45,309 nucleotides of DNA from an uncultured Candidatus Saccharibacteria bacterium (GTDB lineage Bacteria > Patescibacteriota > Minisyncoccia > Ryanbacterales > 2-02-FULL-48-12): the NCBI GenBank assembly GCA_964349275.1, contig CAYGFT010000001.1, forward strand, positions 20,795 through 66,103, in the 5' to 3' direction. This document shows positions 1-9,407 of the stretch, piece by piece (position 1 is the first letter of the stretch; every line of letters begins with the position of its first letter). The position numbers and the translations under genes are program-made. The notes below the pieces were generated by a model. The model ran no database searches, was not told the origin of the DNA, and worked only from the letters and a program-made list of their open reading frames with translations.

Positions 1-1
1 G

Positions 2-556
2 TTGTATAGTATATTTGGCTTCTTTTATTTTTTGCGGAGTCCGGGCTGGTTTCGCTATTTGTTCGCTGTGGAGCTTATTCTCTTGATCTTGTGGTACCCC
101 GCACTCTGCCATTTTGTGCAGTCTCTTAGAAATTATTTGCCATGGCATCGGCACATAGGTAAGTACGTTGTGGTAGGTGTTGCTAGTTTTATGGTCGTTG
201 CCCAGATCATACAGCTCTTCTTTTTTTCGACCATATTATCCTCTTCTGCGCCGCAAGAGGTGGGTGCGTATGTGCTTGAGCGACTCGGGCATACAAAGAC
301 AGTCGGAGTAATCGATAACCAGCAGATTGCGGCACTCATGCCGATTGATCGCCGCTATCAACAGTTTTGGTGGACGGGGGTGGGGCTTGTGGGGAAAAAT
401 CCGCTTTCCTATGATATAACGCATTTGCCTGATTATGTGGTGTTTGAGAATCGAGCAGAGAAGGAGTTTGTATCGCCCTACCGGGATGTATTGGATCAGT
501 ATTATGCCCAAGATACGCTTATTTTTAAAACCTATTACATATTTAGGAAAAAATGA
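2..556 (+). CDS. Polytopic GT-C/ArnT-like membrane glycosyltransferase, C-terminal part (5' truncated by the window edge). Paralog of 5017..6471.
   Basis: The open frame runs from the window edge. It shares YFLRSPGWFRY, GK(N/H)PLSY and a similar C-terminal tail (..Y.F/YKRK) with the 484-aa protein at 5017..6471. The N-terminal part is hydrophobic. Confidence 0.6.
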   Translation: MYSIFGFFYFLRSPGWFRYLFAVELILLILWYPALCHFVQSLRNYLPWHRHIGKYVVVGVASFMVVAQIIQLFFFSTILSSSAPQEVGAYVLERLGHTKTVGVIDNQQIAALMPIDRRYQQFWWTGVGLVGKNPLSYDITHLPDYVVFENRAEKEFVSPYRDVLDQYYAQDTLIFKTYYIFRKK

Positions 557-1476
557 GTACGGATATCTGTTATTTTTGTGGGAGTACGCAGTATAAAAAA
601 ATATCCCGCCATACATTCCGCGGAGAAAATTTTTATTTGGCGCAGTGTCTTCACTGTAGTCTTGTCTACACTATCCCGCGTGTTTCCGTCCAGGAGGCGG
701 CGCACTATTATGCAGATTATTATGGGGATCGCAAACCACTTGTTGATAGGTTTCTCAACCGTATTCGAGTACGCAGAGTCCGACGCATTATCCGCTCGGG
801 GAGCATCTTAGATGTGGGCTGTGGTACGGGCTCGTTTCTTTTGTGTATGCATCGCCTTGGTTGGCAGACGGCGGGCACGGAGGTATCCGCGGCATATCGG
901 TATACCGATCTTGCCCGACAGGGTGTTCATATACAGAAAGGAGATTTGCCTCTGTGTAGTTTTCCTCCAAGATCTTTTGACGTAGTGACCTTGTGGCATG
1001 TATTTGAGCATCTTGCGGATCCCACAGCATATCTAAAAAAGATCCATGAGATATTAGGTGCCGATGGGACGCTTGTTATTGAGGTGCCTAATTATGCCTC
1101 TTTGCAGGCGGGTGTTGGGGGGGCGGTATGGTTTCATCTGGATATCCCACGTCATACTATGCATCTTACGCCAAAAACACTTTCCCAATTCCTTTTATCA
1201 GCAGGGTTTACGGTAGAGCGTACACGGTCAGGATCTATGTTCTACGATATATTTGGAGAGATACAAACTCTCTATAATCGGTGCTTACGAAATCAACATG
1301 TTCTTTTTGATCTGATAGGAGGGCGCAAGCGCCTTAGGGCACACAAGAGGGATGTATCTATAATGTTCCTGCTTGCTCCTTTTGTGGGGGTGTATGCATT
1401 TTTTGCATTTGTACTTGCTACTCTCTTGGGGCGAAGCGGTACTATTCTTGTGTATGCGAAAAAAGCTACCATATAG
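553..1476 (+). CDS. Class I SAM-dependent methyltransferase with an N-terminal Cys4 zinc-ribbon and a C-terminal TM helix
   Basis: SAM motif I is ILDVGCGTGSF. The N-terminus has CYFCGS...CLHCS. There is a Methyltransf_11-like VVTLWHVFEHL..DGTLVIEVPN. ATGA overlap with the upstream gene. Confidence 0.8.
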   Translation: MSTDICYFCGSTQYKKISRHTFRGENFYLAQCLHCSLVYTIPRVSVQEAAHYYADYYGDRKPLVDRFLNRIRVRRVRRIIRSGSILDVGCGTGSFLLCMHRLGWQTAGTEVSAAYRYTDLARQGVHIQKGDLPLCSFPPRSFDVVTLWHVFEHLADPTAYLKKIHEILGADGTLVIEVPNYASLQAGVGGAVWFHLDIPRHTMHLTPKTLSQFLLSAGFTVERTRSGSMFYDIFGEIQTLYNRCLRNQHVLFDLIGGRKRLRAHKRDVSIMFLLAPFVGVYAFFAFVLATLLGRSGTILVYAKKATI

Positions 1477-1478
1477 TC

Positions 1479-2522
1479 ATGAGAATTATTTATCTTACCC
1501 CACTTCGGTATCCCTCAAAATATACAAATCGTCTCCAGGTTCTCAAAATGGCGGAGGCCTTTTCTGCTCGTGGTGATTTCGCGCTCTATATAGAACAGTT
1601 GCCGGCATCTAAAGATGCCCTATTTCAGGATTATGCGATTGCGCATGCATTTAGTATAGAATCCGTTGGCTCACCAAAAATATGGCCGCGGAGTTTTTGG
1701 CTTGCGCGACGATATCGCGCACTCATCAAGCGCCAGCCACAGGGCACGGTATTCTATACTCGTGATGTATTACTCGCTTTTTTCCTTACGTACTGTTCAA
1801 AGCGGTTTCGGGAGCAGTTCTTTTTTGAAAATCACTCGCTGGGCAAATTCCCCAATTTTGTATACCAAAGGGTGTTTGGGTTGGCGCGCGGTATAGTAAC
1901 AACCAATGCGCGCAAAAAAGAAGATATTATAAAAAAATTCAGTATCGCATCGGATCACATTCTTGTATTTGGCAATGGCATCGACTTGGGCCGTTTTGCT
2001 CGCCTAAAAAGCAAAACGGATACGCGTCTCGCTCTTGGTATGAAGACAGACAAACCAAATATCGTATATACCGGTACGATAGCCGAATCATACGGGTCAG
2101 GCGTTATAAAACGTATGCAGGAGCTTCTCCGAGGAGAGGTGTATATCCATGCTATCACTGGTCTCCCCGGGAGTGTCGCACTCGATTATATAACGGCAGC
2201 TGATATAGTGCTTGCGCCGTATCTCGCGGCATCGGATCATTTTCGCTATTACATGTCACCCATGAAGATAAAAGAATATATGGCCGCAGGGAAGACCATT
2301 GTCGTATCAGATTTGCCCGCTATCCGAGAGATTTTGAGCGAGGATGCGGCGTATTTTGCACCCCCGGGGGACACAGAAGCATTCGTCGGCGCAGTGCGGC
2401 GGGCGATTACGCATCCCGAGGAGGCGGTAGCAAAGGCGTATCACGCTCGGGAGCTTGCACGTGAGTTTTCATGGGACAGGCGCGCGGATGCTATTACGCT
2501 ATTTATTGAGCAACACATATGA
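1479..2522 (+). CDS. GT4-type (GT-B fold) glycosyltransferase
   Basis: C-terminal EX7E-like region MSPMKIKEYMAAGKTIVVSDLPAIREIL. The length (347 aa) is typical. The start is 3 nt after the upstream stop. Confidence 0.8.
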   Translation: MRIIYLTPLRYPSKYTNRLQVLKMAEAFSARGDFALYIEQLPASKDALFQDYAIAHAFSIESVGSPKIWPRSFWLARRYRALIKRQPQGTVFYTRDVLLAFFLTYCSKRFREQFFFENHSLGKFPNFVYQRVFGLARGIVTTNARKKEDIIKKFSIASDHILVFGNGIDLGRFARLKSKTDTRLALGMKTDKPNIVYTGTIAESYGSGVIKRMQELLRGEVYIHAITGLPGSVALDYITAADIVLAPYLAASDHFRYYMSPMKIKEYMAAGKTIVVSDLPAIREILSEDAAYFAPPGDTEAFVGAVRRAITHPEEAVAKAYHARELAREFSWDRRADAITLFIEQHI

Positions 2523-3553
2523 GTACTACAAAAATACTGATAACAGGTGGAGCGGGCTTTATTGGGTCCAATTTTATCCGGCATCGCCTAGAACATTTTT
2601 CCGATGATGTTATTACAAATCTTGATGCGCTGACCTATGCGGGGCGGCTTGAAAATGTTCGAGATGTAGAGGAGCGGTTTGCGGGAAGATATGCCTTTGT
2701 AAAAGGGAATATTGGCAATGCTGAACTTGTTGCGCACATTTTTAAAACACAAAAGCCGGATATAGTGGTAAACTTTGCGGCTGAGTCGCACAACAGCCGT
2801 GCCATACTCCATCCAAAAGTATTCTATGAGACCAATGTGCTTGGGGTACAGTGCTTGCTCGATAGCGCGCGTGCATTTGGGGTGAGACGTTTTCACCACA
2901 TTTCTACTTGTGAAGTATATGGAGACCTCGCGCTTGATTCTGAAGAACGATTTACGGAAGAGTCCCCATATCGTCCGCGGACTCCCTACAATGCCTCCAA
3001 GGCCTCGGCAGATATGACCGTCCGTGCGTACTATGAGACATTTGGGATTCCTATATCAATATCAAACTGTGCCAACAACTATGGGCCCTATCAGTTTCCG
3101 GAAAAACTGATTCCGCATTTTACGGCAAGAGCCATACGCAAAGAACAGCTCCCCTTGTACAAAGCGAGTAAAAATAGGCGAGAGTGGATTCATGTCGATG
3201 ACCATTGTCGGGCGATTGATTTGATTCTCGAGCGGGGCATGATCGGCGAGACATACAATGTCGGCACGGGGGTAGAGGCAGATATAGAGACTATAGCCGA
3301 CATAATACTTGGCGAGTTTGCACTTGATCAATCTCATAAGGTGTATGTAGAGGATAGGCCCGGCCATGATCGACGCTATTTGCTTGACTCATCAAAAATC
3401 CGTACAAAACTTGGTTGGGTCCCGAGTATTTCCTTTGAGGATGGTATACGGGAGACCATTCATTGGTACAAGGAGCATACATGGTGGTGGAAGCCGCTTT
3501 TTGAGGGTCTTGAAATTAGAGAGGGGGCATGGGGCAAGGGAGGTGGAAAATAG
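2519..3553 (+). CDS. rfbB: dTDP-glucose 4,6-dehydratase
   Basis: ILITGGAGFIGSNF Rossmann motif, YNASKASAD catalytic YxxxK, and SNCANNYGPYQFPEKLIPHF, which is highly characteristic of RfbB/RmlB. ATGA overlap with the upstream gene. Confidence 0.9.
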   Translation: MSTTKILITGGAGFIGSNFIRHRLEHFSDDVITNLDALTYAGRLENVRDVEERFAGRYAFVKGNIGNAELVAHIFKTQKPDIVVNFAAESHNSRAILHPKVFYETNVLGVQCLLDSARAFGVRRFHHISTCEVYGDLALDSEERFTEESPYRPRTPYNASKASADMTVRAYYETFGIPISISNCANNYGPYQFPEKLIPHFTARAIRKEQLPLYKASKNRREWIHVDDHCRAIDLILERGMIGETYNVGTGVEADIETIADIILGEFALDQSHKVYVEDRPGHDRRYLLDSSKIRTKLGWVPSISFEDGIRETIHWYKEHTWWWKPLFEGLEIREGAWGKGGGK

Positions 3554-3578
3554 GCCAGAAATAAGCTATAAAACACTC

Positions 3579-4301
3579 ATGAAGATATCAAAAGTCTCGG
3601 TTATCATCCCTGTTTATAATGAAGAAAAAACGGTACTGGACGTGCTCGATAAGGTGCTCCAACAGTCTGTGGTGAGTGGTATCAGTTTTGAGATTATTGT
3701 AGTAGATGACGCCTCAACTGACACTACGGCAAGTCTTGTCACTCGATACCAAGCTGATCGGCCGGAGGGGGTTATCAGATACTTCAAGCAGAATAAAAAT
3801 CAGGGCAAGGGAGCGGCACTCAAGCGAGGGTTTCTGGAGGCATCGGGGGACGTGGTGCTCGTGCAAGATGCGGATCTTGAGTATGATCCTCAAGACTATC
3901 CAAAACTTTTGGATCCAATAGAAAAAGACAAGGCAGACGTAGTCTTTGGTACGCGTTTTCGCGGCGAGTATCAGCGAGTACTCTATTTTTGGCATTATCT
4001 GGGCAATACGACGCTTACTCTTCTTTCTAATATTTTTACCAATTTAAACCTCTCTGATATGGAGACGGGGTACAAGGTTTTCAAACAGGAGGTTATCCAT
4101 GCTATTGCGCCTAAGCTCAAATCAAAGCGTTTTGGTATTGAGCCGGAACTTACCGCGCGTGTGGCACATGGTCATTGGCGGATATACGAGGTGCCGATAA
4201 ACTATCATGGGAGAACATATCAGGAAGGTAAAAAAATAGGCTGGCGTGATGGCTTTAAAGCCATCGGCGCGATTTTATATTTTAATCTCTTCGATCGATG
4301 A
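3579..4301 (+). CDS. GT2 glycosyltransferase, DPM1/GtrB-like (polyprenyl-phosphate sugar synthase type)
   Basis: VSVIIPVYNEEKTV, IIVVDDASTDTT, GKGAALKRGF, VLVQDADLEYDP. I chose the internal ATG at 3579 because the tracked ORF start (3366) overlaps rfbB out of frame. Confidence 0.85.
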   Translation: MKISKVSVIIPVYNEEKTVLDVLDKVLQQSVVSGISFEIIVVDDASTDTTASLVTRYQADRPEGVIRYFKQNKNQGKGAALKRGFLEASGDVVLVQDADLEYDPQDYPKLLDPIEKDKADVVFGTRFRGEYQRVLYFWHYLGNTTLTLLSNIFTNLNLSDMETGYKVFKQEVIHAIAPKLKSKRFGIEPELTARVAHGHWRIYEVPINYHGRTYQEGKKIGWRDGFKAIGAILYFNLFDR

Positions 4302-5020
4302 AGGCCATTATTCTTGCGGGAGGCACAGGCACGCGCTTGCGTCCGCTCACAGAAGTTACCAACAAGCATCTCTTGCCGGTGTACAACAAGCCGATGATTT
4401 ACTATCCGCTTGAGGCGCTCAAAGTTTGTGGTATCACCAATATTATGATTGTTTCCGGTCGAGGGCATGCTGGACATTTTTTGGATTTGCTGGGGTCGGG
4501 CAAAGAGTTTGGGGTAGATCTTTCCTACGACATTCAAGAGGAGGCGGGGGGTATTGCACAAGCACTCAGTGTCGCGGAAGACTTTGCGGATGGAGAGCGC
4601 ATCGCTGTAATTTTGGGGGACAATATCTTCTCGCGGGTTGAGGAGCTACGTGCGGGAGTAGCGGCATTTGAGACGCAAGCCCAAGGCGCAAAAATATTTG
4701 TAAAGTCAGTTTTGGATGCGCATCGGTTTGGTGTTGCCGAAATCGCAGGAGAGCGTATTGTGAGCATTGTGGAGAAACCAAAACAGCCAAAATCAGATCT
4801 TGCAGTGGTAGGATTGTATCTCTATGACAAACAAGTATTTGATGTGATACGGACGCTCAAGCCTTCAGCGCGCGGAGAGCTCGAGATCACCGACGTGAAC
4901 AATTGGTATGTGACAAATAGTACGATGACCTATCAGATTATAAAAGGAGACTGGACAGATGCGGGCACCTTTGATTCACTACTCCGTGCGAATATGCTTG
5001 CGGCGGGCATACAATCATGA
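4298..5020 (+). CDS. Sugar-1-phosphate nucleotidyltransferase, short-form glucose-1-phosphate thymidylyltransferase-like
   Basis: N-terminal MKAIILAGGTGTRLRPLT signature and EKPK motif (VEKPKQPKS). It lies near rfbB. ATGA overlaps at both ends. Confidence 0.75.
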   Translation: MKAIILAGGTGTRLRPLTEVTNKHLLPVYNKPMIYYPLEALKVCGITNIMIVSGRGHAGHFLDLLGSGKEFGVDLSYDIQEEAGGIAQALSVAEDFADGERIAVILGDNIFSRVEELRAGVAAFETQAQGAKIFVKSVLDAHRFGVAEIAGERIVSIVEKPKQPKSDLAVVGLYLYDKQVFDVIRTLKPSARGELEITDVNNWYVTNSTMTYQIIKGDWTDAGTFDSLLRANMLAAGIQS

Positions 5021-6471
5021 ACAGATTTTATCATGTTTCGTTTTTGCCTTTGGGGGTACTACTACTTCTTGTCCTCGGGTTCTCTCTCTCAAGCCCGTTT
5101 TTTTCTTTTTCGCGGGATGGCGTGGTGAATGCATTGGTGGGTACACCAAAGTTTTGGTTTGATGAGGGATCAGTAGTGGAGGCGGCACGGGGGTTTTTGG
5201 ATTTGGGAGTGCTGGATGCCGTTGTTGCACCTGATACGCTTCTCGGTAAACCTTATTATGTAAACACACCCGGGTTCCCCGTGGCACTTTCTCTTGCGGG
5301 AATATTTAAACTCTTCGGGGTGGGCGTATTGCAGGTGCGTGTGGTCGCGCTTTTGTGGCTTTTAGTTGGAGTAACAGTGATGTATGTCGTCTGGAAACAT
5401 TTTTTTGATGCACGACTCGCGTTTTTAGGTACGCTATTGGTGGTTACATTTGCTTCTTTGTATGGGGATGGCAAGACCATGACCGGCGAGATCCCTGGGT
5501 TTTTGTGGATGATGCTCGCGCTTTATTTTTTGTACAAAAAACGTATGCCCGGGTGGGGCGGGGTTTTTGCGGCTTTGAGCCTGGTCACAAAACCTTCGAT
5601 GTTCATTTTTTTCGCTCCGGTGCTCGCACTGGAGTTTCTCCTATTTGAGCGACCATTTTTGCGTTCGGCGATGCGTGCGGTGCTGGGGGCTCTCCCCGTG
5701 ATGCTTGTCTGGGTATGTATTATGTTCCCCCATCTATTTTCCCCTGACTCATGGCAGGGAGCGATTGCGATATACCAAAACCATTATCCGGAGCCTGCAG
5801 TCTTTGCGAGTCTAAGTCGTCTCCTACAGATTGCCATACATCCTACTTTTTTGTATTTTATGATATTTTTTGCAGGGCTCATCTTTGTGCGTGTGCGTAG
5901 CGGGTTCGTAGTAGGTCCGGAGGAGCGTCTTGCAAATGTCGCTATCATATATGGTGCCGCCGCTCTTATATACTTTTTGCGGAGTCCGGGATGGTTTCGG
6001 TATCTCCTTGGTCTCTTCCTTTTGCTTTTGCTTTTTGTGCCGGTGCTCCTTGATCGCCTGATTCCCTGGATGCGGCAAGTATGGCGGGATGGCATGATAT
6101 ATTTCCTGGTTGCTTTCCATGTAGTGGTATTTTTCTTTTTTTCTGATATGCGCTCTGGGCTTGAGGTGCCTGCTCTTGTGCGTTATCTTGACGAGCATGT
6201 CCTTCAGGAGGCTGGCGTCACTGTCGGGGTGGTGGATGCAGTGCAGGTGAGCGCCTTTGTGCCTTCAGATAAAAAGTTTAGTATCATTCACTGTGGTGGC
6301 GATTGCGTATTTGGCAAACACCCGCTTTCTTATGGCAATGAGTCGCCGACCTATGTGCTGGTGCCCAAAAACTTGCGTATAAAAACAGAGACCGAGTATC
6401 GTGAGGCACTGCGGTTGTATCAGTCAGATCCCGATGAGCGTTTTGGTATGATTATCTATAAACGAAAGTAA
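5017..6471 (+). CDS. Polytopic GT-C/ArnT-like membrane glycosyltransferase
   Basis: About 11 hydrophobic segments. The first-loop acidic motif FWFDEGSVVEAA is typical of GT-C enzymes. There is a soluble C-terminal tail. It is a paralog of 2..556. Confidence 0.7.
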   Translation: MNRFYHVSFLPLGVLLLLVLGFSLSSPFFSFSRDGVVNALVGTPKFWFDEGSVVEAARGFLDLGVLDAVVAPDTLLGKPYYVNTPGFPVALSLAGIFKLFGVGVLQVRVVALLWLLVGVTVMYVVWKHFFDARLAFLGTLLVVTFASLYGDGKTMTGEIPGFLWMMLALYFLYKKRMPGWGGVFAALSLVTKPSMFIFFAPVLALEFLLFERPFLRSAMRAVLGALPVMLVWVCIMFPHLFSPDSWQGAIAIYQNHYPEPAVFASLSRLLQIAIHPTFLYFMIFFAGLIFVRVRSGFVVGPEERLANVAIIYGAAALIYFLRSPGWFRYLLGLFLLLLLFVPVLLDRLIPWMRQVWRDGMIYFLVAFHVVVFFFFSDMRSGLEVPALVRYLDEHVLQEAGVTVGVVDAVQVSAFVPSDKKFSIIHCGGDCVFGKHPLSYGNESPTYVLVPKNLRIKTETEYREALRLYQSDPDERFGMIIYKRK

Positions 6472-7805
6472 TGTTGCAAAGGAGTAGGTTAATTTTGTGG
6501 TGCGCATTGATAGCCGTGGTGATCAGTATGGCGCTTTCTTTTCATTGGCAGTTTCCGCCACGGGTGGATGCGGGTGCGTATGATGCTATCGCCTGGAATT
6601 TTGCGCAGGGACTTGGGTATATAGAGGACGCCGGAAATACAGCACATCCGGAGCTTGATGACGGTATTGTGCGGGTGGGTCCGGGGTATCAATTTTTTCT
6701 GGCAGGTGTGTATACGCTATTCGGTCATCATGTTTGGATTGTCTGGATTTTACAGGCGATATTGCATGCCATATCTGTGCTATTGGTATTTCGTATCGCG
6801 GGCTTGCTATTTCCTGTATATAAGTCGCTCCCGCTTCTTGCCGCTATCCTATTTGGGTTTTCGCCGGATATTCTTTTTATGACGACTATGCTTCTTACGG
6901 AGACGTTATTTTTATGTGTACTATTGGCATCTTTGTATGTGACTCTAGTGTTTTTTAAAAATTCGGGGTGGGGGAGTCTTATTAGTATGGGACTTTTGTG
7001 GGGGAGCGCGATTCTTATACGTCCGGTTGCGCTATTGCCGTTTTTGCTTATTTTGGGGATTTTGTCCGTACGCAAGGAATTTTCCCGGGTGGCGATATTT
7101 GCCGCTTTGGTGATACTTCTTGTCGCGCCCTGGTCTTTCTCCATGTCACATCGCTACGGTGCGTTTATCCTTACTACTACGGCGGGAGGGTATGATCTCT
7201 GGGTGGGTAACAATCCTGATGCAACCGGTGGCTTTGATAAGACCCCCGAGATACAGACATTTCGCAATACGCATCATAGCGTCGAGGCGGATCGAGTGGG
7301 TAAGGAAAAATATTTTGCTTTTATTGGGGAACATCCGATCCAGTTTATTGAGCTACAAGTGCGTAAGACGGCTCTCTATTTTAGCCTTCTGCGTCCGACG
7401 GGGAATTGGCTTGATCTGCAATTTTTTCCGGTGGATCGCGCAATTTTGGCGTTATTCTCGGCCGTCTGGACTGCGGTGTTGTTTGGGTTGGGTATTGCTG
7501 GACTTATTGCTTTGGCAGTATCCTCGGGAGCGGGTTTGCATGCTCGATTTTTTGTTGCTTGTGCCGTACTTCAGCCGATTGCGGTGATACCAATCATTGT
7601 TGCTACGCGTTATAGATATGCGCTCTTCCCGTTCCTAGCTCTTGCGGGGGCCTACATGGTCATGCGTATACGGGAATCGGCGGTATATGATAGGGTAGTG
7701 CGATCCGCTATCATGGGGGCGGGTGTTTTCTTGTTTGTTGCTACCTGTTACGACGTAGCACTGCATGCGGGGGAGATTTGGGCGAAAATCACTACGATAT
7801 TATGA
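6471..7805 (+). CDS. Polytopic GT-C (GT39/ArnT-like) membrane glycosyltransferase
   Basis: Multiple TM segments. The first loop is PRVDAGAYDAIAWNFAQGLGY. TAATG overlap with the upstream gene. Confidence 0.7.
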   Translation: MLQRSRLILWCALIAVVISMALSFHWQFPPRVDAGAYDAIAWNFAQGLGYIEDAGNTAHPELDDGIVRVGPGYQFFLAGVYTLFGHHVWIVWILQAILHAISVLLVFRIAGLLFPVYKSLPLLAAILFGFSPDILFMTTMLLTETLFLCVLLASLYVTLVFFKNSGWGSLISMGLLWGSAILIRPVALLPFLLILGILSVRKEFSRVAIFAALVILLVAPWSFSMSHRYGAFILTTTAGGYDLWVGNNPDATGGFDKTPEIQTFRNTHHSVEADRVGKEKYFAFIGEHPIQFIELQVRKTALYFSLLRPTGNWLDLQFFPVDRAILALFSAVWTAVLFGLGIAGLIALAVSSGAGLHARFFVACAVLQPIAVIPIIVATRYRYALFPFLALAGAYMVMRIRESAVYDRVVRSAIMGAGVFLFVATCYDVALHAGEIWAKITTIL

Positions 7806-8797
7806 TACGTATCTTCTATATTACTCGAGCCAATCTGGGGTTGCGTCGCGCGCATACGGCTAATATCGCAGAAACTGTTAAAGCTTTGGCTCGTCAGGGC
7901 GCTTTTGTGGAAATCATAGGAGGGCGTATCTTATGGGCACTGGTGGCACGCCGGAGAGACTACGATGTTGTATATGTGCGCGATCATCGACTGTTGGTGC
8001 AGGCTTGCGTCGCAAAGCTTCTTTTGGGTAAAAAGGTTGTATACGAAGTACATAGTACACATGGGTTGTTGTTTCTGCGTCGCTTTCTGTTCCGTATTGC
8101 TGATGGGGTAGTATATATCACCCGTCGTCTCAAAGAATATTATGATCCTCAAAAACAAAAACGAGGTGTTGTGGTGCATTCCAGCGGCGCGTATCTCGAG
8201 GATTTTATGATCCAGAAAGTCCGTGAAGATGTGCGCGAGACTCTTGGTTTGCCACGGGATGGGTATCTTGTGCTCTATGCCGGCAGTACGCGATGGTACG
8301 ATATAGAGCTCCTCATGCATGCACTTGCACATTTACCGCAAGATACGTTTCTGGTGCTTGTAGGTGTGAAAGAAGAAGAAATGCGAAGTTTGCGGTCTAC
8401 TATAAAAGAAGAGCGTAGCTCATCGCGCGTTCTCTCCATGGGGCGAGTGCCGAGAGAAAAAATACCACTACATCTTTTTGCCGCGGATGTACTGGTAAAT
8501 CCACTCTCCGCAAGTCTCCCGGGTAGTATTTCTTCTAAGCTGTATGAGTATCTTGCCGCAGGTCGTCCGATCATCTCTTCTCGCGGTGGTGCTAATGATG
8601 AGGTATTGGAAGATGGTAAAAATGCTTTGTTTGCAGATATGTCACCAGAGAGTTTTGCGCAAAAAATAATAGAGATTCGTGAACGTCCGGATTTGGCATT
8701 GCATCTTTCTCGTCAAGCCAGTCTGGATGCGAAGCGGTATACCTGGGATGAGCGTGCCAAAATCATTCTATCCATGATACAAACAATACATGACTGA
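7802..8797 (+). CDS. GT4-type glycosyltransferase
   Basis: EX7E region SSKLYEYLAAGRPIISSRGGANDEVLEDGKNALF. The ATG at 7802 forms an ATGA overlap with the upstream stop. The tracked start at 7778 is in-frame but upstream. Confidence 0.8.
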   Translation: MIRIFYITRANLGLRRAHTANIAETVKALARQGAFVEIIGGRILWALVARRRDYDVVYVRDHRLLVQACVAKLLLGKKVVYEVHSTHGLLFLRRFLFRIADGVVYITRRLKEYYDPQKQKRGVVVHSSGAYLEDFMIQKVREDVRETLGLPRDGYLVLYAGSTRWYDIELLMHALAHLPQDTFLVLVGVKEEEMRSLRSTIKEERSSSRVLSMGRVPREKIPLHLFAADVLVNPLSASLPGSISSKLYEYLAAGRPIISSRGGANDEVLEDGKNALFADMSPESFAQKIIEIRERPDLALHLSRQASLDAKRYTWDERAKIILSMIQTIHD

Positions 8798-9407
8798 ATC
8801 TGCGCATGCATATGGACAATCAAAATATAACAGCCGAACTCGCTGGATGAATTTTTGGCATCAGATAGACGAGGTTGCGCGTCTGGGTGGGAAGCGTGTG
8901 CTGGAGATTGGCAAAGGATCGGGGATCGTCTCGGATCGCCTGCGTGCCATGGGGTACGAGGTGGTCACAGTAGACATTGACCAGAATCTTAAACCGGATA
9001 TTGTAGCTTCAGCTGAACGGCTTCCATTTGCGGATAGGTCATTTGATGTGGTGCTTGCCGCAGAAGTTTTGGAGCATATCCCATTTGAGCGTGTATCTGT
9101 GGCACTAAGTGAAATACGTCGCGTTGCCTCATATGCGGTTATTACCTTGCCGCATGCGGGGTCCGCCATGATTGGGCGGCTACGGGTGCCATGGTTGGGT
9201 GATGTAGAGCTATTCATAAAGATCCCATTTTTTTGGGTGCGTCACTACAATAAATATGGCAATGAGGTTGGGCACTATTGGGAGCTTGGTAAACGCGGAT
9301 TTGCGCGCTGGCGTTTTCGGGCTTTGCTCAAGGAGGCAGGGTTTGTTTTGCAGAAAGAGAAACTATATGCAGATGATTTTATTAGAATATTTTTTGTAGT
9401 ACGATGA
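8790..9407 (+). CDS. Class I SAM-dependent methyltransferase (Methyltransf_11-like)
   Basis: VLEIGKGSG motif I, acidic VVTVD motif II, VVLAAEVLEHIP. It overlaps the upstream stop by 8 nt. Confidence 0.75.
   Translation: MTESAHAYGQSKYNSRTRWMNFWHQIDEVARLGGKRVLEIGKGSGIVSDRLRAMGYEVVTVDIDQNLKPDIVASAERLPFADRSFDVVLAAEVLEHIPFERVSVALSEIRRVASYAVITLPHAGSAMIGRLRVPWLGDVELFIKIPFFWVRHYNKYGNEVGHYWELGKRGFARWRFRALLKEAGFVLQKEKLYADDFIRIFFVVR

Noticed and set aside
3366-3578. N-terminal 71-aa extension of tracked ORF 3366..4301
   Set aside because: It overlaps rfbB out of frame and has an Arg/Gly-rich, non-protein-like composition. The canonical GT2 N-terminus (MKISKVSVIIPVYNEE) begins at ATG 3579, just after the rfbB stop.
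7120-7587. 155-aa + strand ORF. The same applies to 6728..7144 (-) and 6998..7195 (+).
   Set aside because: These lie out of frame or antisense within the GT-C gene 6471..7805. They are Arg/Leu/Ser-rich, which is typical of off-frame translation.
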